From the NCBI GenBank assembly GCA_964187785.1, contig OZ076409.1, positions 34,536,001 through 34,600,000 on the forward strand: a stretch of 64,000 bases of DNA, written 5' to 3'. A program made the position numbers and the translations under genes. This DNA is from Amphiscolops sp. MND2022 (taxonomy: Eukaryota). Below the pieces are notes generated by a model. It saw only the letters and a program-made list of their open reading frames with translations. It was not told the DNA's origin and made no database searches. Shown here piece by piece: positions 11,377-24,500 of the stretch. Within the stretch, counting starts at the first letter, position 1, and the number at the start of each line of letters is the position of its first letter.

Positions 11377-13516
11377 ACAACAGATAGCCTGTGGAATTCT
11401 TGCAGAGGGGCAAGAACATGGTAAACTTTTGTTGGCAATCTCAGTAATATGAAGTCCTTGAGCAACCAGTGTGAACTTGAGCTTCAAGTTAAACAAGAAC
11501 TCTTTGCTTCAACTACGTTGGACCAGGAAGAGGAAGAATGAGACGGTATTTTATATCCGCAATTCTGTGGGATGGACGCCTAATAAGTAGTTCTGCTTTG
11601 TGTTCCTAGGTCCGCGTCTATAGTTTTTGTTTCAAAAACATCAGCACGTTGTAAGTGCAAAAAACTCAACAGTTCCAGTTGCAAGTTCCAGGTTTTCTGT
11701 GCGATACATTGACTTCCGCTTTTCTTGTTGAAGTGAAACGCGACTATTATAGTGACTTTTTTTTCAATCCACACGAACTGACCAAAATAGTTCTACAAAG
11801 TTCTACAAAATTTTATGGTGTCAAATTGAACCACTTGGCCTAGCGAACTGAACAAAAAGGTTTTTTCTTTTTTCCCGCGTAACAAGCTAGACTAAAGGGT
11901 CCCCCTTTCAGTTTTTTTGATGTTTTGTGACAGAATGAATGTTGAAAATCCCAAAAGGTCCCCCTTTCAGTTTTTTTTCGGCACTGTGAGACTTTTTTCC
12001 GAATTTTTTTCTCCAATCTCGAAATAATGTTTTTTAAACAATCTAATTTAGTTAGTTTTTAAAACTTTTTCCTCTGTGAGAATGCTAATGGGTCAAAAAC
12101 AATTACATCGGCAACTTGATAAAAAAATCTTTCCTGGTCCGCTCGTCCGACCCAATGGTTTTCTTGAAAGATCAATTGTTTCGTCGTTTGGGTAAGTCAT
12201 TTTCTTCCCCGCTGATGCTTCTCTGTGTTTTACCCTGTTCCTATCAACATGGGGTCGATGCGTTTTCCTGTAATGGACGGACAGTCGTGTTGATTGCTCC
12301 AGTTCCGGGTTTCAACAGTGATATTCTTCATAAAATTGACCAAGGCAGAACGTTTTGATAGTTTTAAGCGTTTTACCAATCTTTTATATTAAGTTTATAT
12401 CTTCTGGAATACGGAATTCTCGCGAAGAAAGAAAGAGTAGTGTAAAGTAAACATGATAATTTAACAAAGTACGAATGAAGTTTTCACAGTTTTGTTGTTA
12501 GGAAGAGAAAAATACAGGAGGAAAAACACTTAGACCTCAAATGTGTAAAAAGGAAAACGAAAAAACGCCGAAAAAGCCGAAATTTATAGTATTGTTTGAG
12601 AAAAGAAGTATTATCAATGAAGTGCACGTGAAGTCGTGCAACAGAGGTTTATCAAAGGAAAAAATGTGTGTTGTTGTTTCTGAAAAAATGAAATGTGGAT
12701 GTTGTAATCTCTTTAATAACAAGATCTCTTTACATAAAAGTGTATTGCTGAGTCAATCTCTAGCTTTTGAAAGGAATTCACATCACTAACATAATGAGAC
12801 AGTAGCAGGTACTTCAGACAGATGCTAATTATAGTAATATAAATAACAACTACGTAAAAGGTTTCAAGTCTAGAGTTTGTCCTTCAACTATGCTTCAGTG
12901 GAGAAGGATATTAGAAACTGGAGCTGAACAGGGTTGCTCTTGAAAATAAAAGAGTAGTAAGCAAAAGTTTTTCAAAATTTCGGACAAGCGATAGCATGAG
13001 TTGCAAATCACTATCTGCAACTCATCTTACTGGTTTACCCGGGAGAAGTTGTCACTGGACACCGGCTGCTTAAAATATCTAGAGAATCCTAAAGGTCGCC
13101 GACTTAGAAAAGCAGAATCGGATAATGTTATTAAAAAGTAATTTTTTACAAACAACTTTCTCTAAAAGAATTGCAACTGTCATGTTAACTTTTCAATCAT
13201 CCAAATTGGCAACCACTTTTCGAATTTCAGTCTTTCCACCCATCAAAACAGATAATGAACTGCAAAATAAATTTACCTGAAAATATTTTCCAGAAAACGT
13301 TTGAATTACCTTTTAAAGAGACATTGGTTACGTAATAACAGATTCATTTTGAATAATTCTCAGTGAAGTTAATGAAAAAAGGAAAGGGTTGTTGACAAAC
13401 GGTCGGTTTGTGATGCGCGTTGAATAGGCATCGCATTCGGACAGTGAGTGCAAGCAAAAATTAATGCATGTGAAATAATTGACAACAGTCTTACCGTTCA
13501 CGAACTATTACATTTA

Positions 13517-14010
13517 TTAGTCGGCGCTTTTCTAGTGAAAAGTGCCCGACTCTTACAGTGGCTAGTTTTTTTTCTTTTTTTCGTAAGACTACAATCTCAC
13601 TCTGATTGGGCCACTTTTCTTACAATCGAAACTACCAAAACTACTACCATAACTCCAAGTCCGGTCAGCGGAAATTACTGCAAAAGGGTCCCCATTTCAT
13701 TTTTTATTTTCTTAACGTAACCTCCAAAACCGGACGAGATTAAAGGGTCCCCCCTTTCGATTTTTTTCGGCATTGTGCAATTTTTTCGAAATTTTTTTAT
13801 GTCTCAAAAGAGTCCCCTTTTCGAGTTTTTTGATATTTTGCAACAGAATATATGTTAATAAAGTCCAAAGGGTCCCCCCTTTTACATTTTCGGCACTATG
13901 GGACATTGTCTGAAAGAAAAAAATCAAAAGTTTCAGATTTTTTTCGAAAAAGTCTTTTGCTTTTTTTGAGCTATAGATATAGTGCCGACTTTGGACGTTC
14001 CCATCTTGTT
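13517..14010 (+). mobile_element. HINE-like element, same family
   Basis: TTAGTCGGCGC ... GTGCCGACTTTGGACGTTCCCATCTTGTT; internal AAAGGGTCCCCC repeats. Confidence 0.65.
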
Positions 14011-14029
14011 TACTTTGTTATAACTACAA

Positions 14030-17000
14030 ACAATGGAGGCTGATACCGACTTACAACAGCAGATTCAACAGCTTGACGACGACATTATTAAGCAGTTATT
14101 TGGTCAGTTAGTCCAAATTTAGCTCAGAAGGACAAAAAATAGAAGAATTAGAAGAGCGTGTTTGCTCACTGGAACATCGCTTGCAGCTTCAAGAAATGTA
14201 CAGTTCGAAAGATTTTTTGATTTTTGAAAATGTTCTCTTTTTAATGACAAAAATTGTCGCATAGAAGATCAAAAGGGTTCTTTCTTGGCCTACTTCCTGG
14301 ACTTCAAAACAGAGCCAGCTAACTTCAAAGCTTGTCGTTTTATCGCCTTGGAAGTCAAACAAATATCCACCTGCAGTAAGCATTAAGTTCGTCTAATTCG
14401 TTGACAAAATGGAGCTATTCAAAAGAAAAGCATGGCTCTCGAGAAACCTTAACAAATTTAACAATAAACCTATTCTGATGAAAGGACGTCTATCAAGAAC
14501 TATGCCGATGTAAAAGGTTTAGTGACAACAACCTGGAAATCTCAGGTGAGAGTGTTACGATATGGACTAAATGTTATTGCCCAATCAGTGGGGGTAAATA
14601 GTTTCAAAAGTGTGGATGATATTCAAGATAAAGCGGTCAAAAAGCAACCAGTCAGGGAAATAGGTCTAACAACGTGAAACAGGTAAGTTCACAAATGGGA
14701 GGACCGAAGATGAACGCTAGCAAAATGGACAAGACAGATCGTTCAGAGTTTCTCAAGTGCCTCCGAGAATCTCTCGATGACAGAAGTAAACAATTTCTTA
14801 AAATCAAATACAGATTCGGCCAACTGTGGCCACTTATCCAACTTACTCAGCTACACAACAAAAGATGCTCAAACCTCTTCGAAAGGTTGATATCGCCTAT
14901 GCTGGCTTCCTGCTGTGTCTAAAGAAACTAAAACACCAACCTTTCAGTTTTCCCCCAACAAATTCATTTTAAAGATGAGACCCACGAAAACATATATGAG
15001 AGCAAGCGAGAAATCGTTCTTCTTGGGATTGAATACAAGGTCTTCAAGATAGCATCACGATGGACTTCTTTTTAAGTTTTCTGGTAGAACTTTTTGTTTT
15101 TGCTAGATCAAAACCTTAAAGGAATGGACTGTAACAAGAAAACGGATGAGCAATTGGTAATTTTTGCTGTGAATATTGAGTCGAGAGGTAACCAGTTGAC
15201 TCCACTCCAGTCAATTTCTGAACCAATAAATAGCATATATTGGATCACTAACAAATTTAAAAGTGCCGAGTCAGAACGTGGTAAAGTGTTTCAAAAATGG
15301 GTGACGAACAGAAGCTATCAAACGCGGGATAAACACTGAAAACTCAGAAATGAAGTGACATCGATGATCAGAGAAGCTAAACAGGAAGCGAAATTCAATA
15401 AACTTGGTGAAAATCCTTCGTCAAAAACAATCTATCGAACCCAGCATAGTCTATCAATCATAGTCTCAACTCAGCATTAGGACTAGCAGTCGACAACCTT
15501 AACTCTTGTTTCTCAACAACAGGCGAAAAGTGCAAGAGATATTCGAAGAGACTCATATCAAACTTCAGTTAGAAAAATTGAATAAACTATGGTCTTGAAA
15601 CAATCAGATGAAGTTTAAATTGGACAAATACTCAAATATCTGAACAAGACGGGAACGTCCCAAATGGGCGCCATATCTAAGGCTCAAAAATATTCAAGGA
15701 ACAACTATTGGAAACATTTGGAAAGAATTACCTTTTTTCGAAAAAGTGTTTTTTTTAAAGTCGCACAATGCCGAAAAACTCAAAAGAGGCCATTCAGGCT
15801 CATTCAACGTTTTTACAAACTGAAAACTTCAAAAAAATGCAGGGGGTACCCCTTATAGAATTAGAAAATTTTCGAAAAAAAGTCGCATAGTGCCGAAAAA
15901 AATCCAAAGTGGAGACCCTTTGGTCTCGCTTCTACTTTTGGAAGCAAACAAATTTGTGGCGTAGTGCAAGAATCCAACCCGCGATCTCCTGCTTCTCAGA
16001 AAATCAGTTGAGCAAATGAACAAAACGTTTTTAAAAAAAGTGGACCATTCAGAGTGAGATTGTCAGCTGAAAAAGACAGAAAAACTACCCACTGTAATAG
16101 TCGGGCTTTTTCTCTTAGGGGAAAAGTCTGCGACTAAAAATAGGAAATGCATAAGTCATTATGGTATCAGTGTTAAAATACTCAAGTGCTGTTCACCTAT
16201 GATATAAAAACATTTATGCGAAGCCTTCAATGTTTGTATACTTGAACGACAATTCCCTAACTCCCTGAAAATTGCAAAAGAATTTGCTTTCTACGGAAAG
16301 GCGATAACACAAATCCTTAAAATTACAGGCCTATAAATCTTCTGAGCCTAATATCGAAAACCTTTGAAACAATTTTGCTGAAACAATTGACTAAGTTTTT
16401 CTCTTCAAATAAATCATTTTCCGAACATCAAAATGGTTTCAGTAAAAAACAATCGTGCTGCGATGCAATTACAGATATCACCGAATACATAAGAAATCTT
16501 AGAGAATACAGAATTGATCAGAAGCAACATGGAAGGTCTTGTTTCATCGCCTTCCAAAAGGCCTTCGACTCAATAGATCATAGAATCCTATTCCAAAAGC
16601 TTCCCGATTATGGCTTTAGAGGACCAACTTTAAAAATTTTGGAACAGTATTGGAAGGATCGTTTCCATTATGCGTCAGTTCAAGTCAGAATTACTAATTC
16701 AAGCAAACTTTTGATCAAGTTTGGTGTTCCTCAAGGGTCTACCCTGGGTCCTTTTCTTTTTCTAGTGTATAATAATGACCTTCGGCAACAATAGGATACT
16801 AGCAAAGTTGAAATGTATGCAGATGATACTACACTTTAAATGCAAGTTACAAGTGCCAGCGTCAATTGGATGACGACATTGAATCCTTAACAGCGTGGTG
16901 TCAGAAGAACTCGTTATCAATTTATATAACTAAATGTGAATTCATGACTTTCGGACGAAGCTTCGGCTATGAGTTACGTCTAATGAGAGAAAAAAATTAA

Positions 17001-17810
17001 CGAAAACCCCAGTACAAGTATTTGGGCATCTATGTCGATAAAAATTTGACCTTTAAATATCACATCGGTTACGTTGCTAAAGATAGAGCAAAGTTAGCGG
17101 ATTTATTCATAGAGTGCGCGATTTAAAGACAAAAAAGCATCTCCTCATGTTTTGTAAAGCATTTGCAGAGTCAGTGATACGTAATGGACTGCTAATATAC
17201 GGATGTGCATTGAAGACCACCTTTAGCAGCATTCCGATGCTGCACAAAGACGAATTTTGAGAGCTATCTCTTTCAAAAAAAATTGACCCTTAGTCTCAAG
17301 TTTGTTGTACTAACTGCCTAAGGAACGTGTACGAAATATTCTATCATAAAGTCTTCATTGAAATCTTCTAACAAATACGTGGAGCATCGCCAAAAAAAAT
17401 TGAATTTTAACTTCAACCATGATGTTTACAACACCACTGAAAACAGAAAAGGGCTTTTACCAGCTCTTTCGGTGAGAACTGTTCTGAAAGAGAGATGCTC
17501 AAAAACTCTTAACAAAGGCTTTATTATGGCTGAAATTGATGAGTTTGATACCAGACGACATCAAGAGGTACATCAAACAAAATTTTAAAAGGCACCTGGA
17601 TAAAGTCAGAATCAACTATATCCTTGATGGCGAGGAACTATTTGATATGTTTTACTGAGGTCTCCCGAAAAAACTCGTTTTTCCCTTTTGTTAGTTGCTT
17701 TCAAATGCAAATTTTTTAAAAGAGCAGTAATGCCCATTTTTTGTCCTGGTTATATGTAAATTGAATTATACACTTGTTTGTATTTAATTTTACTATCTAA
17801 CGAAATAAAC
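14030..17810 (+). pseudogene. Decayed non-LTR retrotransposon (LINE, CR1/L2-like reverse transcriptase)
   Basis: NYRPINLLSLISKTFE, QNGF, FQKAFDSIDH, GVPQGSTLGPFLFLVY, YADD (16816-16827) and KYLGIYVD motifs, with many stops and frameshifts; AATAAA near 17805. The 5' boundary is approximate. Confidence 0.85.
15643..16137 (-). mobile_element. HINE-like element nested in the LINE
   Basis: AACAAGACGGGAACGTCCC ... CGACTAA; closely similar to 7960-8565; LINE coding sequence resumes on both sides. Confidence 0.7.
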
Positions 17811-18574
17811 GTTTTTACCAAGTTTGAAAACCTTAAAAACCTAAGTTTCTTGCTGCAAGTAAACGACTGAAAACAGGTTTTAAGACACTTACTAGGTAGC
17901 TCACAGAAACGGGTACACGCAAAAAATTCGCAATTATGAGACAGCGTAAAAAGTTGTCAACAATGTGTCAAGGTTTGTCTGTGTTTCCTTTTGTTGTTTG
18001 TCAATCATTCAGAAGATAATCAAATTCGAGAACAAAATCAGATAAATTAACAGGTTCTTAAAAATTAATTAATAATTCCTCATCCAAAACCCAAGTGTTT
18101 GAATCAGAGGCGGTTTGAACATTTCTTTGGCACTTTTTCAATAATAACTAAGTTCAGACTCGCTGGTTTTGAGAAACAACTTGATGTTTTGTTCACTCAA
18201 TTTTGTTTCTGCATTTGAGAAATTTAATACATGTACAGTTTTTACGGTCATAAAAAGTTTGAGCTGTCCAAGACTTTAATTATCAGCAAGTTTTTAGAAT
18301 AGTTTGAACTCGGAAATTCGACGTCTTTTTTGGAAACAAAACAACTTCACACATCAAAAACGAAAACGAAATTACTAGAACAGACGACCTTTTCTAAAAG
18401 TTTGATCAATCTGTGGTTGAAAGTTTACGTAACGGAGCTTTATTTTGTACTGTTGACATGAAAATCAGAAGGTTTTCAGTACCTTGTTTACTAATATCAC
18501 TAATTTCAAGTATCAAGTTTTTTCGCGTTCTGTTATTTTCTTGGTTCACTAAGTATACTTAGTTTACTTAGTAT

Positions 18575-18777
18575 ACTTCGTTTTGAGACGCTCTTTAATG
18601 TTTTGTTTACTCCCATTTGTTCTCGATTTAAGCAAAAAAAAACGTAAACCATTTTTCGTCGTGTCATTTATTACTATAGTAATAAATGACACGACGAAAA
18701 ATGGTTTACGTTTTTTTTGCTTAAATCGAGAACAAATGGGAGTAAACAAAACATTAAAGAGCGTCTCAAAACGAAGT
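18575..18777. repeat. Near-perfect ~203-bp palindrome with no spacer
   Basis: Centre ACTA|TAGT at 18676/18677; the only difference between arms is A9 vs T8. Confidence 0.95.
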
Positions 18778-21194
18778 GTGAGTCAGTACAGAGCTGTCAA
18801 TCGAAAAAGCGCGGTACGCGTCGTCAATGTTGCCAGTGTTGTCCAAGAAAGTAATGTTGTTTTGACATTTTGACAAGCGACAGAATGAATTGTGGAAAAC
18901 GTTTCGTTGTCAAGTTCGTGAAATTTTCACATTGTTTTCTCCTGAAACATTTAACTGAATCTTCGATTTGATGCAGTTTTTTGTCCACGTCCTTTCTAAA
19001 TTGGTATTGACGTGTACTTTTATTAGATGAATTTCCCGATTAAAGTCGTTATTGAGCTCTGAGAAAAATGGTCGAGCATCATTTTAATTCGAAGTCTCAT
19101 AAAGTTGTGTTGAGTGTCAGTGCGTAACGTGCCTCTTGAACAAAATGACAAATTAAACGACAATGTACAGTGACACTGACAGATCAATTCTAAATTTCCG
19201 ACAACCTGATCAACTAGGTTATCAAAAGTAGGCGAAATAGTTCCGAAGATAGTCAATACACAATACTCATGCTTTTCTGGATATCAGTGTAAATCTTAGA
19301 GTAGCCTTTAAACAGTATAAATGTGTACAAAAGAGTTTCATTTCACACTAGAAAACGTGTAAGCTTCAATTTTAGAATTTCCAGAAACAGCCGTCTTTAG
19401 ACTTGAACGGAGATGATTTGACAAAAAGCGCAGTGGCACTGTGATTTTTTAATCCACTGTTAGAAGTGAACTTCGAAAGGATTCAGACACTTACAAACCT
19501 CGACGAACGTTCGAAAAAATCAACGGAACAATTCCAACTAAAAAGTTTTGAGAATAGCGTCACAAGAATTTGACTAAAAAAATTTTAGCGCTAGAAAACT
19601 TTCATTGGAGAAGGCATCATCATTTATTTAAAACTCAATAACTGAAAGATTTCTACTCCGACCTACAACCTGGTAAGCGCCAAAGTATAATTGTTGCTGA
19701 CTGCCGCTTGAGATAGATATTTATCTGATATGACTGACCCCAGAAGATAACTGCGATATGCTAACCAAATGGAAAAACAGCTGTAAATGAACATTCAGCA
19801 TGCGAGATTACGGCAAAGCACACGCCATAGACATTATGAACAATTTCTCACTGTTTATTGTACAATTTTTACCTGCTATACGATTGATTTAATATTTTCT
19901 GCCCATATTCCATGTTCCAAATTTATATTCAAATTGAAGCGTGCCACCCATAGAATTGAAGTCACATAAACCTAGCTTTGTTCGATGTGTATATGTGGAG
20001 AGTTTTACTCTTTTTGGGTTTGACCAGAATGACCTCAGAATGACCCAAAGTGACCCCAAAAACAACAAAAATTCCAAAGCATTTCGTTTTTTTTTGTTTT
20101 TATGCAATTTTTGTTAACCTTTCAAATGACCTCGTGGATTAGATTAATGGGACCGTTCAACAACGATTGATCTTGTTCTTCAGTAGGTTTTTTGAAGTCA
20201 CATTTGCAGACTTCTGTTGGAAAATAGCTCAAAATTTACTGCAAAAAGTTGAATGTCTAAATTTTTGACAATTTTTTGACATTTTCACTGATTTATCTGC
20301 AATTAGAAAAGTCCTAAACAACAAAAACTTCTAAAAACTCGAGATTGATTAACTAGGTTCGCATGACCCTTTTAAGAGATATGTTTACAGTTTCAAAGCT
20401 AAAAAGTTTCCTCAGAAAAACGCAAAACAGGAGATAACTCAAAAATTTCAAGTTCTTGTGTCTTTTTTGCAGTTGTTTGTCTAATTTTGGAGCTAGTTCA
20501 TTGCTTGCAGTGGTTTACAAAACCCAACAACTTCGAATATCCAGTAGGCGCTTTTGGAGATATAGCAGCATTTTCTTGTTAGAATTACCCGAAAAACAAC
20601 CCAAAATACAAAAAATGACAAAAAAGAACGTTTTTCGACAAATTAATCCCAGTTTTTGTTCAATGCACAAAATGTTTTGAAGAATGAAACTTCCAATAAC
20701 CTGAACGTTGAAACGATGTGGTATTGATAACCCATTTTGGTAAAATTTTTTCATTTTTCGACAACATAGATCCAATTTTGGACCCTTTCCGAAATGCTTA
20801 CAAAATCCTTGGCTCTGGATTGGAACATATAGCTAAGTATTTCAAAAAAACCGTACAAATTTATTTGCGGAAATTCTAAAAACATTCACTCGGAAACGTA
20901 CTTTTTTTTTATCTTTATTGTCAAATGTTTGACATTCACTAAGCTCCAAGCCAAATTACTAGCTAGGCAGTACGCCTATCCAAGGAAAGTGTTTTTGTAG
21001 AATTGTTCAGATTTGTTACTGCAAGAAATTAATGAGACAAATAAACCAGTTTTGCCCTCACCTAAGTTTCTTATATTCCGCCCCCAACAATTCATTGCAT
21101 ACGGGAGGAAACTTGCCATTTGTGTAGCGTTTTTTTGCAAATTTTGCCAAGTCGCCACTTTGATACTGCATTTTGTATGTGGATATTTCAGTCA

Positions 21195-21250
21195 CCGTGG
21201 CGCAGTTGTAATGTGTTCGCATTCAAAGGTTATGAGTTCGATTCCTGGCT
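21195..21250 (+). repeat. Degenerate tRNA-derived SINE head
   Basis: A-box-like TGGCGCAGTTG and B-box-like AGTTCGATTCC at tRNA-like spacing; no intact cloverleaf. Confidence 0.3.
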
Positions 21251-21463
21251 GCAAATAAAACATGCACAACTAAACGGGCACCTTCCAGGAAGAAAAATTA
21301 ATGTAAAAAACGCCAGAAAACCCCCATCGTTTGAACTGTGTAGATTGGGTGCTTTTGATTGTGGATATTTTGTCTGATTACCGGTCATGAAGTCTTACTA
21401 ATGCTAATGTCTTCATGTAACTTCAGTCATTTATTTCATGTTGGATGGCAACATGGATTCAAA

Positions 21464-21582
21464 TTCATAAGGTTCCAAAGATTCAATATATAAATTCCAC
21501 ATAATGAACACAAAATCTTCCACTTCATAAGGTTCCAAAGATTCAATATATAAATTCCACATAATGAACACAAAATCTTCCA
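21464..21582. repeat. 60-bp tandem duplication (2 copies)
   Basis: TTCATAAGGTTCCAAAGATTCAATATATAAATTCCACATAATGAACACAAAATCTTCCA twice. Confidence 0.95.
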
Positions 21583-24500
21583 ATTTCATACACAGAACCA
21601 GAATCCATGCTTATCACGTGAAGCACTGCGCTTTTGCTGAAGCGACCAAAAAACCTATTCCTAATCCAAGTGACCGGTCATTTGGAAAAGGACTCCGATG
21701 TTTTTAGTTGCTCCTATAGCGTTTGCTATTTCTGACACATTCACCACTCAATGAGTGAAGCCCGTCTAGCCATCCCCATAAAGTCATAAATAATAAGACG
21801 AAAATGATGGAACTTCAACATGAAAAGTGCCTTATGCCTTACGGCTAAACGTCATTAAAAAGTTTCTGGTTATTCAAGTCATACTTTCTGAGAAAATCAA
21901 GGCATCGCCGAAAGCAAACTGTTTCATTTTTGTTATCTACGTAAAAAAATTGCCGGTTTAAATTGCACCCGAAACCACTGCCGTTTTCATTGCAATTATC
22001 CTTTGCGTGGTTCCATGATGTAATTCCACGCTAAGCATGAAACTACATGAAATTATTGTATGGAATCATAGCTCCATATTTGGAATTGCATAGAATAACA
22101 TTCATATTGCTTTAGTCTCGAGAATCCATGCTTCGGAACATTTACAAAGTCTTTTCATGCATAAAATTTTAAGACTATTAAAATATATGAAGCGTCATTT
22201 TCATACTCAAAATGGTAAATTTCTGTTTTTGCTAAATCATTGATTGAACGAACGTTTGATTCATTTTGTTATCTCCACGAATGTTTAAATAATGCAAAAA
22301 ACAATATCTCCATACTAAATTTGTTATTTGTCAAAAAAAGTAATGCTGTGGACAACAAAAGCACTTTTTCCATTGAATCTTAGGAGCAGAAATATATCTG
22401 ACCTATTTTTTTCTTTTTCTCGGTGTATATTTTTCGTAATTAGAGGAACTTCCAAAATTAATGCAAGTATTTTCACAAGTTAACAACCTTTCAAGTTACG
22501 TGCATTGAGGTTAATGTTTTGAGTAACAGTTTCGAGTCAGATTAATTGGATTATAAGTACATGGGTATTAAGTAACTTGATGGATACTTGTTGCTGATGG
22601 ATTCTTGCATGATAGGAAGATTAAGTATGGGAAAATATAAGGTCACTTTCCTTCTCCATTTTAATTAAATTATTGTTAAGTGGTTCAAAATGGTCACGTG
22701 TAACATTGCGCATAGTAACAAAATATGAAATGGTTAGCAGTTACATGACGACTAAAAAAAGTTCACAGAAATTGCATTTTCAGTAACAATGAATAAAAAA
22801 AACAATCAAATGAGCAATAAATGAACAAATTTGTTAACTCTTTTGAAGTCTTGCCACCTTGAAACCTTTCACTTCAACTATATTTCGAGATTGAAGTCTT
22901 AAGCACAAAGACTCTTGAGACACGTTTCAAAGAAAGTGGTCGTTTGCTGTTGAAATTCAGAAAGTGCATTGCAGAATTCAAATAACCGCGCAGGTTGATT
23001 CCTGTACATTTTTCAAATCAATGGCTGAGCGGGAAAAACAACAAAAACAGCGTTATTTTCCTCCCATGAAAGAATTTTTGTAACTAGTAAAAGGGGGATT
23101 TTGGGTGTACTTTGAATGGTTACGAGAAAAAGCGGAGACAAAAGATTTTGGGTGACTTCCATTTGCGTTGAATGGTTCTCTGTTTGTCTTCTTTCCATCA
23201 ATGCCCCGCCGTACCGTTTAGCGGTTATTAGCGCAAACATAGCGGTTCAATTGAGTTAGTTGGGGAGCGAAAAGAACGCACGGTGGTCTACTGTTTTAGA
23301 GAAGATATTGAAGGCTTCGTTGGTTGAGAGATAAAGAAAAAAGAGGGAATAAGAAAAAGAAAAAAGAAAAACAAAAAAAAGAAGATGGCTGCTCATTATT
23401 GGCTTCTGTGGGATGCGAGAACAAGGCTCCGACTAACTTATCTCTTGCCGAGTAAAGCAGCAACAATTGGCTGTTTTTCCCACGGCCCCTTTCCCTTTCA
23501 TAATCCCTGGTTGTGCTCAGCGTCGGTATAAGCACGGGAAATGCGCGGCTTTAGCTGTTTAATTGCGCGTTGAAAGGAAAAGCGAGAAAAACAAGCATTC
23601 AAATGTAATGGCAGCGTAAACAAAACACGAAAAAAAAACAGGAAACTCAAGACATTTTGTAAGGATACAAGTACGGAAATGTGTGCAAAGCCGTTGTTTT
23701 TGATTATTTATGCCATTTTCATCGCCATTTTTGTGTAAAGAGCTTTCAAATAGGCTGTTTTTAGTATTGACTCATTTATTGCATTTCCTTAATTTTTACC
23801 GAGGATGGAAAATAAGAATTATAATCGGTTTGTCTTGCAATGGCATCTTCGCTAGCTCAGCAGTGCCGATGAAGCCACTAAACAGAACACTCTTCCTTAG
23901 ACGGTGCAGGATAACAGGGAAAACTCAGTTGGTTGAGAAAAAAGGTGAAAGCAACACGTGTTGCTGTTGGGGGAAATGGTTTCCCGCCAATTTGCTACCA
24001 TTGCTTCATAACCATCCCTTCCTGGTAACCATACCCCTCCATGGACAACCGTTTTCCCACCAAATCGAAAAAGATGCCATGGGATAGTATAGAACAAAAA
24101 GAAAGACTCGCATTAATGCTGAAACTACACAAAAAAAGTAAGTTCTCATCCCTATATCCGTTCCCCATTTTGACATTTCAATTAATTGTTAACCTGTAAC
24201 TTTTTCCAGCAAAGTTGTAATCATAAATAAGAACAGATAAATTGCTATAAATGAGCAATTTCTAGTCGTCTCGTCTTAAAAATGCCTGAAATATCACTTT
24301 TACAATTTTCTCATTATCCCTAGATAAAGGTTTATTACGTTATACCTTCGTTGAAGCCTTTTGGTCTCATTTAAGGTTAGATAACAAATCATCAAGATTG
24401 AATATCACGGAACAAGCACTGAATAATCCATTCATAAATTGATCAAATTAAGCAAGTATTTGTTAGTAAACGTGATTTAATTGGGTTTTCATTTACTTAG

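Noticed and set aside
18564..18873. Paired ORFs with near-identical peptides on both strands
   Set aside because: Artefact of the palindrome
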